Assembly: GCA_031409815.1 (NCBI GenBank)
Contig: JANNXV010000086.1
Span: 1-59,879, forward strand
Length of the DNA stretch: 59,879 nucleotides
Source: Bacteroidota bacterium
GTDB taxonomy: Bacteria > Bacteroidota > Bacteroidia > AKYH767-A > OLB10
Reading direction: 5' to 3'
Shown in pieces: positions 49,001 to 57,645 of the stretch; the stretch's first letter is position 1; each line of letters opens with the position of its first letter. Below the pieces are notes generated by a model. That model was given only the letters and a program-made list of their open reading frames with translations, searched no databases and was not told the DNA's origin. Both the position numbers and the translations under genes were made by a program.

Positions 49001-50051
49001 TCAGCAAAGTTGGTCGACAGATGCATGGGTGTTGCGTAATCAGTTGCTTGCACAGTCGCCTTACTTATCACAAACTGTTTTACGCGATGTGGCAAATCAA
49101 AATATTTTACCGCAAGCTATGCTGCTTGAAGTATGCATAGCAAATCCTGATGCAACAAAAGATGATGCCTTTCTTAAATTCCTACAATATGAAATTCCCA
49201 ATCCATTACCTCAATATATGATTAATGCAATTGTTGCATCATGGAATATTAAAACAGTTCGCACAACAATGGAGAGTACGCTTGCGCTATATAGCCATAG
49301 TATGGCCACAACCTCCGACCGGCTTTTAGCTGATTTATATTTTAGAAGTGATTTAGAAATCGACAGCATTGTTCCTACTGATACTACCAATTATAATCTA
49401 ACTATAAGGTATTGGTTACAAAGAGTACAAACCCTAACTGCAAAATACGATTTGATTGAAAATTATCTTTCAGCAAACGAATTAGAAGCTGCGCAGAATA
49501 TATTGGATTCAATTTCGTATCATTTTAATTTATCATCCGATCAACAGTCAGCCTATAACAACTATGTTTACTTCTATAATTTCAGGAAAGATATTTTTGA
49601 CGATGGAAGAAATTGGTCGCAATTAACCGAATCGGAAGTTACTTCGTTAGCAGAATTTGCAGCAGACGGTGATGATTTAGCAAAAGTGATGGTACAAAAC
49701 GTTTTGTGTTATTATTACAGTAATTGTGTAGAAGAAAATTATGAATTGCCATCGAGCGGCAATCGTGTGCATCGTAATCCGAAAGCAAGTGTAAAGAACG
49801 AAATCAATAATGTGAGTGTTGGCCCAAACCCGGCATTAACTTACACCACATTCAGTTATTCATTACAAATAGATAAAGCAATATTGGTTATCAGTGATGT
49901 ATCTGGTAAAGAAATTGAACACATTACTTTAAAAAATAAAGAAGGCCAACAAATATGGGATACTAGAAATATAAATAATGGATTGTATTATTACACAGTT
50001 ACCGATGGAATCACTAAAATTGCCACAGGAAAAGTGGCGGTAGCAAAATAA
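46095..50051 (+). CDS. Large T9SS-sorted protein (propeller-like N-terminus, right-handed beta-helix, helical domain)
   Basis: Signal peptide; WQGVEV plus Asn-rich beta-helix-like repeats; helical region DGG.T..LL...SPYLS; PNPA...NGLYYY...GKVAVAK CTD. Confidence 0.78.
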   Translation: MKQSIHLVLVFVICNCIPAWSQTQMRKWYISPNDVTIPLVGAASVGTILTPLWLAGMSAPTAGRVANGMYDINNNLIFYVSDNAVYDSKNSLIGNINPGGTGTEIVIAPFGDNDLAYPICQNKYNIFTTAGGFSDGAVLVQTVLDMNSYSLTSTVIDNILWTCGGCPGQEFGAIALSSVVQTNGDRYLYFLGGPGTVGATQGQINKEIVHNDGSVTITATPLNPFYPTTTYPNQNAGGEVFTRELDLSPDGQWLGWASFASVYMVVNGIILPDQYRYHFLHLNPVTGDLDINPFNQVYWSFNLPDPNPILNNYNYNYDHEGFRGVEFWQDASGNTKLFMGDGSDGIYVTDVPHMTYYKKIQNSSPDFGFSQIEFGHNSMMYASSTLTNANVCYFNPTPLTPAINIGATFTLISPPGIPGFEALPDQIDGQNYDAIIPTYITAMIQAASSSVYTFSGTTTTWAYGTGSNPWNASNAVQIIAKLIISGNSNLTINGMTFKFSPTAKVIIEKGSSLTLNGATFTSDYDFDNCPDHPYTWQGVEVRGDKTLNQFVANAQGKLTLINSTIKYAQWGARAYNSDTQSSTGGIIIASGSTFRNNNVDVEFNPYENKRTFLNGSAYVYNNRSSFTDCDFISDISYPFSTRAVHAKIESCIGIRFAACDFVNASSAVVTIKPVLKHSIGIRAMDGGFTVSPNSTFVNFIRGIETLRISANQPFRAYHSDFTDNATGILARGINNFVVQQCTLYVGGNQNAISQVGLSMNNGSGFTVEENNFIPSTNPASGTFKYGVVIVNSGAADNQVYKNEFTGLNYGNIAKGINRNNTDPSFHGLQYLCNTCTLNTNADLTITTNGIYTPPGIRSFQGNANSPTGNTFTQSAVAGINNYTSDVLNYFSSITQVPSNIVNVNVLTASGNNNCPSNIGTGGIGSRLSVEETQQLNHSYDTSETAYLNLLYSYNQLMDGGSTNALLTQIQQSWSTDAWVLRNQLLAQSPYLSQTVLRDVANQNILPQAMLLEVCIANPDATKDDAFLKFLQYEIPNPLPQYMINAIVASWNIKTVRTTMESTLALYSHSMATTSDRLLADLYFRSDLEIDSIVPTDTTNYNLTIRYWLQRVQTLTAKYDLIENYLSANELEAAQNILDSISYHFNLSSDQQSAYNNYVYFYNFRKDIFDDGRNWSQLTESEVTSLAEFAADGDDLAKVMVQNVLCYYYSNCVEENYELPSSGNRVHRNPKASVKNEINNVSVGPNPALTYTTFSYSLQIDKAILVISDVSGKEIEHITLKNKEGQQIWDTRNINNGLYYYTVTDGITKIATGKVAVAK

Positions 50052-50054
50052 AGA

Positions 50055-50786
50055 ATGAATTGCGCTTTAATTACAGGAGCTTCAAGAGGAATTGGTAAGG
50101 CGGTGGCTATACAAATTGCCAAAGACCACGGCTTACATATTTTAATTAATTACTCTTCCAACGCAACTGCTGCACAGGCAACCTTGGATGAAATAATTGC
50201 AGCCGGTGGAACCGGTGAGCTGATTCCATTTAATGTGCAGCATAAAACTGAAGTGGATGCAGCATTGAATGAATGGAAAGAAAAACATCCTGATGATTTT
50301 ATTTCTGTATTAGTAAACAACGCGGGTATCACCAAAGATGGAATGTTTATGTGGATGCCCGAGAAAGACTGGGACGATGTGATGAATGTTTCTTCAAAAG
50401 GAATGTTTAATGTTTCTCAAAATATTGTGCAGAATATGCTGCGTAAACGGACAGGGTGTATCATCAACATGGTTTCTTTATCAGGATTAAAAGGTGTTGC
50501 AGGTCAAACCAATTATTCTGCAGCAAAAGGTGCATGTGTTGCTTTCACCAAAGCACTGGCACAGGAAGTGGCAAAAAGAAATATTACAGTAAATGCAATT
50601 GCCCCCGGTTTTATTAAAAGCGATATGACTGAAGGCCTGGATGAAAAGGAATTATCTAAAATGGTTCCAATGCAGCGGTTTGGCAACGTGGAGGAAGTTG
50701 CACACCTTGCAAGTTTTCTGGCATCAGGCAAATCAAAATATATTACCGGAGAAATTATTAATATTAACGGAGGAATTTATAGTTAG
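50055..50786 (+). CDS. fabG: 3-oxoacyl-ACP reductase (cluster-associated FabG)
   Basis: TGASRGIG, NNAG, YSAAK, APGFI SDR motifs. Confidence 0.92.
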   Translation: MNCALITGASRGIGKAVAIQIAKDHGLHILINYSSNATAAQATLDEIIAAGGTGELIPFNVQHKTEVDAALNEWKEKHPDDFISVLVNNAGITKDGMFMWMPEKDWDDVMNVSSKGMFNVSQNIVQNMLRKRTGCIINMVSLSGLKGVAGQTNYSAAKGACVAFTKALAQEVAKRNITVNAIAPGFIKSDMTEGLDEKELSKMVPMQRFGNVEEVAHLASFLASGKSKYITGEIININGGIYS

Positions 50787-50802
50787 TTGTTTCAAATTGT
50801 AG

Positions 50803-50863
50803 TGCCTTCGACTTCGCTCAGGCTGACTCGAATGGTGGGTCAGCCTGAGCGAAGTCGAAGGCA
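50803..50863. repeat. REP-like hairpin, perfect 25-bp inverted repeat (copy 1)
   Basis: tgccttcgacttcgctcaggctgac-N11-gtcagcctgagcgaagtcgaaggca. Confidence 0.9.
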
Positions 50864-50883
50864 AATAAGGAGTATCAAATAAA

Positions 50884-52101
50884 ATGAACAGGAGAGTTGT
50901 AATAACAGGAATAGGAATATATTCCTGCATAGGAAAAAATTTAGCCGAAGTAAAAGATTCCTTATACAAAGGCAAGAGCGGAATTATTTATGAAGAGGAA
51001 AGAAAAGTACTCGGATATCGTTCCGCTTTAACAGGCTTTGTTGAAACGCCTGATTTAAAATCTTTCTTGTCACGCAGAGAAAGAATCGGAATGCATCAGC
51101 CTGCAATGTATGCTTACATGGCAACAAGGGAAGCATTAGAAAATGCAAAACTGGATATTGATTTCTTAGACAAAAACGAAACCGGAATAATTTATGGTAA
51201 CGACAGCACAGCAGGGGCAGTTATTGAAACCGTAGATAAATCAAGAATAAAAAAGGACAATACATTAATCGGTAGCGGAGATATTTTTCAGAATATGAAC
51301 TGCACGGTTAACATGAATCTCTCTACTATTTTTAAATTAAAGGGAATCAATTTTACGTTGGCTGCTGCCTGTGCTTCTGGTTCTCATTCTATTGGCATGG
51401 GATTTTTATTGATTAAAGAAGGTTACCAGGACCGGATTATTTGTGGAGGCGCACAGGAAATAAATGTGCATACAATGGGAAGCTTTGACGGGCTTGGAGT
51501 TTTCTCTATCCGCGAATCAGAGCCTGCAAAAGCTTCACGTCCGTTTGATCGCGATCGTGACGGACTCATTCCGTCAGGAGGTGCAGCTACACTGATTCTT
51601 GAATCTTATGAATCAGCAATTAAGCGTGGTGCACCGATACTCGCAGAAATAATAGGCTACGGTTTTTCGTCCAATGGTGATCATATTTCCAATCCGAGTC
51701 ATGACGGACAATTGCGTTCGTTAAACATGGCAATTAAGCAGGCTGGAATTAAAATTGACGATATTGATTACGTGAACGCACATGCTACCTCAACACCTGT
51801 TGGTGACAGCATCGAGGCAACTGTAATTCTTGATGTGCTTGGAGACAAAGTTCCGGTGAGTTCCACCAAATCAATGACCGGACATGAATGCTGGATGGCA
51901 GGTGCGAGCGAAATAGTTTACTCTATGCTGATGATGCAGAATGATTTTGTGGCTCCCAACATCAATTTTGAAAACCCTGATGAGCACTCAGCCAAAATCA
52001 ATATCATACCTGAAACAATTGAACAAAAGATTGATTGTTTTTTATCCAACTCGTTTGGATTTGGAGGAACTAATTCTTCTTTGATAATTAAGAAGGTTTA
52101 A
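50884..52101 (+). CDS. Beta-ketoacyl-ACP synthase (FabB-like)
   Basis: AACASG, HATST, GHECWMAG, NSFGFGG. Confidence 0.92.
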   Translation: MNRRVVITGIGIYSCIGKNLAEVKDSLYKGKSGIIYEEERKVLGYRSALTGFVETPDLKSFLSRRERIGMHQPAMYAYMATREALENAKLDIDFLDKNETGIIYGNDSTAGAVIETVDKSRIKKDNTLIGSGDIFQNMNCTVNMNLSTIFKLKGINFTLAAACASGSHSIGMGFLLIKEGYQDRIICGGAQEINVHTMGSFDGLGVFSIRESEPAKASRPFDRDRDGLIPSGGAATLILESYESAIKRGAPILAEIIGYGFSSNGDHISNPSHDGQLRSLNMAIKQAGIKIDDIDYVNAHATSTPVGDSIEATVILDVLGDKVPVSSTKSMTGHECWMAGASEIVYSMLMMQNDFVAPNINFENPDEHSAKINIIPETIEQKIDCFLSNSFGFGGTNSSLIIKKV

Positions 52102-53255
52102 TTTTTGTTTTTTGATCTCACAAGAGAAAAGGAATAGTAGCTTACCAGAAAAAATAATAAGCCAGCAGCAATTGCCAGCGCAACTGCTCCAACAACATAT
52201 TGAATAAAATAAATATTTATCGAAGCTAATGTAATGGAATGCATGGGAGGAAGCACTTGATTAGCGGTTACAAAAACCACACCCATCATATAACTTAAAT
52301 AAATAATCAGCGGAATCATTGGAGGGATACTGATGTTTGCTGCTGCGATAAATAAAACTTTGTTCATCCTAAATAAAATGGAGAGTGGAATGCCGATCAG
52401 AAGCTGGAAACCCCACACCGGTAATATTCCCATAAAAACTCCGAAACCAATCGAAGCCGCTTTCATGAAATTAGTTTCTTCTGATTTTATCGCTTCCTTG
52501 GCGATAATCTTAAAGATGTTTTTTTTTAACAGCCGCTTGGGCAAATAATAAATCAGTGTAAGTGTAACCAAGTAAATCCGGAGAATGGTAATTCGTGTAA
52601 AATCTTTGAATGGCCTGAAATGACTTACCCGTTCCTCCATATCGTAAAGCACTTTTACATTCACTGGAATAATATTTACTCCTCTCCATGCAAGCTTTAC
52701 GATGACTTCAATTTCGGTTTCAAATTTATTGGTGAATAATTTTATTTTTTTAAGCGGCTCCAGTGGATACAAACGAAAACCGGTTTGTGTGTCGGGCAAA
52801 TCAATACCTGACTCCACCCAAAACCAAAAATTGGAAAATTTATTTCCGAACGAACTTTTTTTGGGCACTCCTGGCTGAGTCATATCACGTGTGCCCATCA
52901 GAAGTACCCCAGGATGTTCCAAAGCTTTTGCAATCATCAACGGAATATCTGTCGGAAAATGTTGTCCGTCAGAATCAATTGTTATTGCGTTTTCAAATCC
53001 GCGTTTGATGGCTTCTGCAAAACTTTGTCTTAAAGAAAAACCTTTCCCCTTGTTAGGAAAGTGTTGCAGCAAAATGATTTTACCTTTATACGTTTCTAAA
53101 ATTTTTGATGTGTCATCCGTTGATCCGTCATTGATAACAATCACATCGTTACCGTTGGAGTAATTCAGCACTCCATCAATAACCGATTTGAGTGTGCGCT
53201 GATTATTATAGGTTGGAATAATTACACAACCTTTTATTTCCCCTAAACTACTCAC
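52098..53255 (-). CDS. GT2 glycosyltransferase fused to DUF2062
   Basis: IIPTYNN, NDGSTD, NKGKG, DSDGQH, DTQTGFRLYP; C-terminal FGVFMGILPVWG...NISIPP. Confidence 0.9.
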   Translation of the reverse strand: MSSLGEIKGCVIIPTYNNQRTLKSVIDGVLNYSNGNDVIVINDGSTDDTSKILETYKGKIILLQHFPNKGKGFSLRQSFAEAIKRGFENAITIDSDGQHFPTDIPLMIAKALEHPGVLLMGTRDMTQPGVPKKSSFGNKFSNFWFWVESGIDLPDTQTGFRLYPLEPLKKIKLFTNKFETEIEVIVKLAWRGVNIIPVNVKVLYDMEERVSHFRPFKDFTRITILRIYLVTLTLIYYLPKRLLKKNIFKIIAKEAIKSEETNFMKAASIGFGVFMGILPVWGFQLLIGIPLSILFRMNKVLFIAAANISIPPMIPLIIYLSYMMGVVFVTANQVLPPMHSITLASINIYFIQYVVGAVALAIAAGLLFFLVSYYSFSLVRSKNKN

Positions 53256-53611
53256 TGATAAATGCCGCTGAATTTAAAAAATGCAGTTTCTTCAAATGCA
53301 CCTGCCGCATTCATCTTAATTTGTTCTTCAACCACCGAAAAATCAATTGTAATGGTAATTGCAGGCGTATTTTCAGGATTCAGAATATTTAAAAATTTAC
53401 ATTTTGAAATAATCTTTAAACTCAGGTCTTTTTTAAAATGTGATTCGAGAATTTCCTTTACTATTTGCAGTTGAACCACGCCAGGTGTTACCGGATTACC
53501 CGGAAAATGTCCATCAAAAATTCGGTGCTTTGCGTTCAATCCAATCTGTACCACCAGCTTTTCGGGGGCAGCTTTCATTTCTGAAATAGTAAAGAAGTCG
53601 TTCAGCAGCAT
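53252..53611 (-). CDS. 3-hydroxyacyl-ACP dehydratase (ApeI-like hotdog)
   Basis: HRIFDGHFPGNPVTPGV motif. Confidence 0.88.
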   Translation of the reverse strand: MLLNDFFTISEMKAAPEKLVVQIGLNAKHRIFDGHFPGNPVTPGVVQLQIVKEILESHFKKDLSLKIISKCKFLNILNPENTPAITITIDFSVVEEQIKMNAAGAFEETAFFKFSGIYQ

Positions 53612-53661
53612 TGCTTATTGGCTTGATTTATTTATTGCAAAGTAAGCATAGTATTTCCAAT

Positions 53662-53735
53662 TACAAACTCAAAAACCTCAAGAAACCAAGAAATCTGCTT
53701 TCATCACTCTGCAACTTTGCGTCTTTGCGTTAAAA
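53662..53735. repeat. Degenerate 8-9-nt tandem repeats in the intergenic spacer
   Basis: aaactcaaa-aacctcaag-aaaccaaga and ctctgcaa-ctttgcgt-ctttgcgt. Confidence 0.55.
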
Positions 53736-53748
53736 TATTTCGTTGCAA

Positions 53749-54378
53749 TCAGAATTTTGAAAACACTTCATCCCTAATTTCCTCGTTAAAAGTCTGCTTA
53801 AAAAAACTCATGGTGCTTTTATCTCCCGAATGTTCAAAGAAAACCAACTCATTAAGATGAAGGTTCTCTTTTGAAAAGGATAGTTGAATTTTATCAAAAA
53901 AGTTTTTCATTTTTTTCTGCGTTGGAACGAGCACCACAATATACTCATTCTTGTTTTCAAAATAAGTGGAGGTGAAGGCTTTGCTGTCAAGATAAGATCC
54001 GTTAACCAGCATCAGCAACAACTCTTTTATTTTATCTACCATTCGCTTGGCAGCTGTTACATCCTTTTCTTTTTCATTCTCCTTGATCTTGATTTTGTCA
54101 TCATTAATAAGAATAATGTATTGAAAAGGTTGTTTTTGCTCCCAACGGATTTTATCCTCTTTTTTATAGCAGAAGATTCCGGAAGATTTTTGTGGTTCCT
54201 TTAAATAGGATAAATGCTTTTCTTCCGTAAAATCGGCTTTAATAGATTTTGTGGAGGCAGAAACAGTTTTAAGTTTTTTGAAGAAATCAGCAGGGTTTGC
54301 AAGCGGTTTCATCTCTTGCGCTTTTACAGTAAGCGTACTTAGAATGAAAACCAGTAAATAAATATATTTTTTGTTCAT
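53749..54378 (-). CDS. LolA-like outer-membrane lipoprotein carrier
   Basis: Signal peptide; ADFTEEK.L..L.....SSG, KIRWEQ.QPF.Y; start codon overlaps the upstream stop (ATGA). Confidence 0.85.
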   Translation of the reverse strand: MNKKYIYLLVFILSTLTVKAQEMKPLANPADFFKKLKTVSASTKSIKADFTEEKHLSYLKEPQKSSGIFCYKKEDKIRWEQKQPFQYIILINDDKIKIKENEKEKDVTAAKRMVDKIKELLLMLVNGSYLDSKAFTSTYFENKNEYIVVLVPTQKKMKNFFDKIQLSFSKENLHLNELVFFEHSGDKSTMSFFKQTFNEEIRDEVFSKF

Positions 54379-55142
54379 GTACTTAATCCTGTTAATTCGG
54401 TAAAGGAAGCAATTTTGATTCCATTTTTTTTGCAATGCGAAATAATATCCGGCAACGCAGCCAGCGTAACGGGTCTGTTATCGTGCATTAAAATGATTGA
54501 ACCGGGAGCAATCAACCTTGCAACACGCGCTGTCAATTGCTCTTTACTTTTCATCATCGTATCGAAGCTTCTCAATGACCAGCCGATTGATTTGAGTTTT
54601 AATTGATTTAAAACTTTTCTGTAACGTGGTGTTGTTACTCCATAAGGAGGACGAAATAAGGAAGGGTATTTGCCAATTGATTTTTCAATTGCGATCGAAC
54701 ATTTCTCAATATCGTTCTTTAATTTACCGGAAGAAAACATTGCAATTTTATTGCTGTGACTGTAAGTGTGATTAGCAATCACATGCCCTTTATCAGACAA
54801 TTCCTTTACAATATGCGGATACATTTCAACCTTGTTTCCAATCACGAAGAAAGCAGCTTTAATATTTTCTGCTTCCAGTATTTCCAGTATCTTAGGTGTA
54901 AGTTCCGGATCAGGTCCGTCATCGAAAGTGAAGCAAATGGCATTACTATTCCCTTTATTTATTGAATCAACAAAATAATTCCACTTGATTTGAAACGAAC
55001 CGTAAATAGTTAAGAAAAGAAATACAATGATGATTAATGAAAGTAACAGCAAAAAATAATTTTCGTGCCTGTAAAAAAAAGTAACAAGCAATAACACAAG
55101 CAAGGTTGAAGAAAGAATTATTTTATGCTTCAAGAGATTCAA
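54375..55142 (-). CDS. Polysaccharide deacetylase family (CE4) protein
   Basis: TFDDGP, NHTYSH, FRPPYG, GSIILMHD; two N-terminal TM helices. Confidence 0.9.
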   Translation of the reverse strand: MNLLKHKIILSSTLLVLLLVTFFYRHENYFLLLLSLIIIVFLFLTIYGSFQIKWNYFVDSINKGNSNAICFTFDDGPDPELTPKILEILEAENIKAAFFVIGNKVEMYPHIVKELSDKGHVIANHTYSHSNKIAMFSSGKLKNDIEKCSIAIEKSIGKYPSLFRPPYGVTTPRYRKVLNQLKLKSIGWSLRSFDTMMKSKEQLTARVARLIAPGSIILMHDNRPVTLAALPDIISHCKKNGIKIASFTELTGLST

Positions 55143-56076
55143 CTAATATGATTCCAATATGATTTTTATGTAGGTGATTGCAAATTAAGATTCTTTTTGG
55201 TTTGTCGTGATGATGTTTGAATGAATCAATTGCAAAATGCAAAGCAAAAGCTGAATTGGTAAAATAAGTACCCGAATATTTTAAGTAATCGAGTGTTTCT
55301 GATTCGGGAAACAATGTTTTAATTTCTTTTTCACTTTGTGCATCCAGACTTGAAAAAAGAATCAGATCAATTTCGTCCTTTTTTATTTTGGTCTGAGCTA
55401 AGAAGGAATTAATCGCATCAGCAAATGATTCAGCAAATGCATATGAACCACAATCAATAATTTTTGCAATTGCTTTTTCGTTGTTGCTTTTTGATAAAAT
55501 AAAAAAGGAAGCAGCTGAAGTCATGTGAAGATTTTCAAATCCTAATTTACCTACAACATCATTTAACAATGAAATGTGTTCATCAGCACCACCCACCAAA
55601 ACATGTTCATTGCCTTCTTCAATACACAATGCTGCATCCTGCAAAGCATGCTCAAACGATAATGTGTTTTGCGTGTGCGTCATATTGTAATTGTGATTGC
55701 CCAATAAAATGGAAAGTTGTCCGCCAACCGTGTTGTGAGTGGATTGAATAAATGCAGTGGGAGAAATTAAACCTTCTTCATTAGCAATGAAGTTTTCCAG
55801 GAATTTTTCTGTTTCAACCAAACAACCTAAACCGGTTCCTACTATAATTGCATCCGGTTTTTCAATGCCAGCTTGCATTAAGCAATCGAGACTGCAAGTA
55901 ACAGCAGTGCGCAGAATTTCACTCATCCTGCGAATATTGTTGGGGCTAATGTACTCTTTGAAGTTGGGTGATAGGAGTAAGGAGTCAGATGGTAATTCCA
56001 GACTGCTTTCACTAAATCCTTCATTCTTAAAGGAAAGCTGATGTGAAATGGAAGATGCTGCTGTTATAAAATACAT
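55123..56076 (-). CDS. Beta-ketoacyl synthase chain-length factor (copy 2)
   Basis: IRRMS, IVGTGLGC, SPTAFIQSTHN, SFEHAL.DA. Confidence 0.85.
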   Translation of the reverse strand: MYFITAASSISHQLSFKNEGFSESSLELPSDSLLLSPNFKEYISPNNIRRMSEILRTAVTCSLDCLMQAGIEKPDAIIVGTGLGCLVETEKFLENFIANEEGLISPTAFIQSTHNTVGGQLSILLGNHNYNMTHTQNTLSFEHALQDAALCIEEGNEHVLVGGADEHISLLNDVVGKLGFENLHMTSAASFFILSKSNNEKAIAKIIDCGSYAFAESFADAINSFLAQTKIKKDEIDLILFSSLDAQSEKEIKTLFPESETLDYLKYSGTYFTNSAFALHFAIDSFKHHHDKPKRILICNHLHKNHIGIILVESLEA

Positions 56077-56111
56077 CTGTTATTTTTTAATAGTAATTTT
56101 TGATTGGACAC

Positions 56112-56172
56112 GCCTTCGACTAAGCTCAGGCTGACCAATGAACGGAGAGTCAGCCTGAGCGTAGTCGAAGGC
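56112..56172. repeat. REP-like hairpin, 24-bp inverted repeat with 1 mismatch (copy 2)
   Basis: gccttcgactaagctcaggctgac-N13-gtcagcctgagcgtagtcgaaggc; same arms as 50803-50863, different loop. Confidence 0.9.
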
Positions 56173-56192
56173 AAAGTATATGTAAAATACAT

Positions 56193-57371
56193 TCATTTTT
56201 TAAAAACCAGACTTGAATTATTACCCCCAAAGCCAAATGAATTTGACAACACCACATTCACGTTATCAACTGTTTTAAAGTTTGTATTGGGTTTTAGTTT
56301 CGTTTCTGCAATTTCATTTTCAAAATTAAGATTTGGAAAAATGACATTGTGTTTGATTGCCAAAACGGAGAATACCGCTTCAATGGCTCCGGCTGCTGCA
56401 AGTGTATGTCCGGTAAAAGATTTTGTGGAACTGAATTCAGGAACGTTATCACCAAATACATTTTTCAGAGCGGTTGATTCTGATAAGTCGTTGTTTTTGG
56501 TGCCTGTTCCATGTGCATTAATGTATCTGATATCATTGGCAGAAAGTTTTGCTTTTGCAATTGCCTGTTGCATCGCCATCGTTGCACCTTTTCCTTCGGG
56601 TGAAGAGGCTGTTTGGTGATACGCATCACTGGTGTTTGCCCAACCTGCCACCGAGCAGTAAGGAATGTTTTTTGTTTTACTCAAACTCTTTTCGTTTTCC
56701 AAAACTAAAAATGCTGCGCCTTCTCCAAGGTTCAAACCAGTTCTGTTTTCATCAAATGGTTTGCACCATTCTTTATCAAATATCATTAACGAATGAAAGC
56801 CACTAATGGTAAACAATGTCAATGCATCTGTTCCGCCAACCAATACGCGATCTAACTTATTTTGCTCCATCATTCTTGCACCCAGCATAATGGAATTTGC
56901 AGAAGAGGAACAGGCAGTTGAAAGTGTGTTAATGTATCCTGAAAATCCTAAGGCTTCTGCAATTTTTTCAGAAGTGTTTCCGGTATCGTGTGTTGCAAGC
57001 AATGAAATATCCGGAACTTTCCCTTCGTGTTTTTGCTTAAAATAGTTCTCTGTTCTGTCCATTCCACCCACCGATGAAGCAGAAATAAAACCTGTTCGGA
57101 TGTCTTTATCATGCTGGTTATTGCCCCACGATTCTGTTGCCGCTGCAATACCCAGCAATGAAGTGCGTGAGATAACGGAAGTTTTTACTTTGTATTTTTT
57201 TATCAATTCCTCGTTCGACAATTTGACTTCCCCAACCAGAATATTTTTCTTGCAGGAAAGATATTTGATCGTTTCAATTCCGGTGCGTTGGTTTTTTAAT
57301 GCAGCAAAATTCTCTTCCACATTCAAACCAATTGCTGAAACAATTCCAATACCCGTAATATAAACCGCCAT
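56193..57371 (-). CDS. Beta-ketoacyl-ACP synthase (copy 2 of the polyene-type KS)
   Basis: TACSSS, HGTGT, GHTLAAA, NSFGFGG. Confidence 0.92.
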   Translation of the reverse strand: MAVYITGIGIVSAIGLNVEENFAALKNQRTGIETIKYLSCKKNILVGEVKLSNEELIKKYKVKTSVISRTSLLGIAAATESWGNNQHDKDIRTGFISASSVGGMDRTENYFKQKHEGKVPDISLLATHDTGNTSEKIAEALGFSGYINTLSTACSSSANSIMLGARMMEQNKLDRVLVGGTDALTLFTISGFHSLMIFDKEWCKPFDENRTGLNLGEGAAFLVLENEKSLSKTKNIPYCSVAGWANTSDAYHQTASSPEGKGATMAMQQAIAKAKLSANDIRYINAHGTGTKNNDLSESTALKNVFGDNVPEFSSTKSFTGHTLAAAGAIEAVFSVLAIKHNVIFPNLNFENEIAETKLKPNTNFKTVDNVNVVLSNSFGFGGNNSSLVFKK

Positions 57372-57386
57372 TCGATAAATGAAAAA

Positions 57387-57641
57387 CTATTTCTTTTGGC
57401 TGGTAATAAAATCTGCCAATGAGTTAACAGAAACAAATACTTTTTTCCCGTCTTCAGGGTTAGTCATTTGTATGCCGTGGTATTTTTCGAGTAAAACAAT
57501 TAATTCCAGTGCGTCAATTGAATCCAACCCTAATCCTTCCCCAAACAATGGTGCATCGTCCTTAATATCTTCGGGTTTAAGATCTTCCAGGTTTAACTGT
57601 TCTATGATTTGCTTTTTTAAATTTTCTTTTAGTGCTTCCAT
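57387..57641 (-). CDS. Acyl carrier protein (copy 2)
   Basis: PLFGEGLGLDSIDALEL. Confidence 0.93.
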   Translation of the reverse strand: MEALKENLKKQIIEQLNLEDLKPEDIKDDAPLFGEGLGLDSIDALELIVLLEKYHGIQMTNPEDGKKVFVSVNSLADFITSQKK

Positions 57642-57645
57642 AAAT

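Noticed and set aside
50733-50975. 80-aa minus-strand ORF across the fabG-KS spacer
   Set aside because: Reads through the REP hairpin and overlaps two real genes
56104-56619. 171-aa plus-strand ORF
   Set aside because: Antisense shadow of the KS gene, starting inside the REP hairpin; no independent motif
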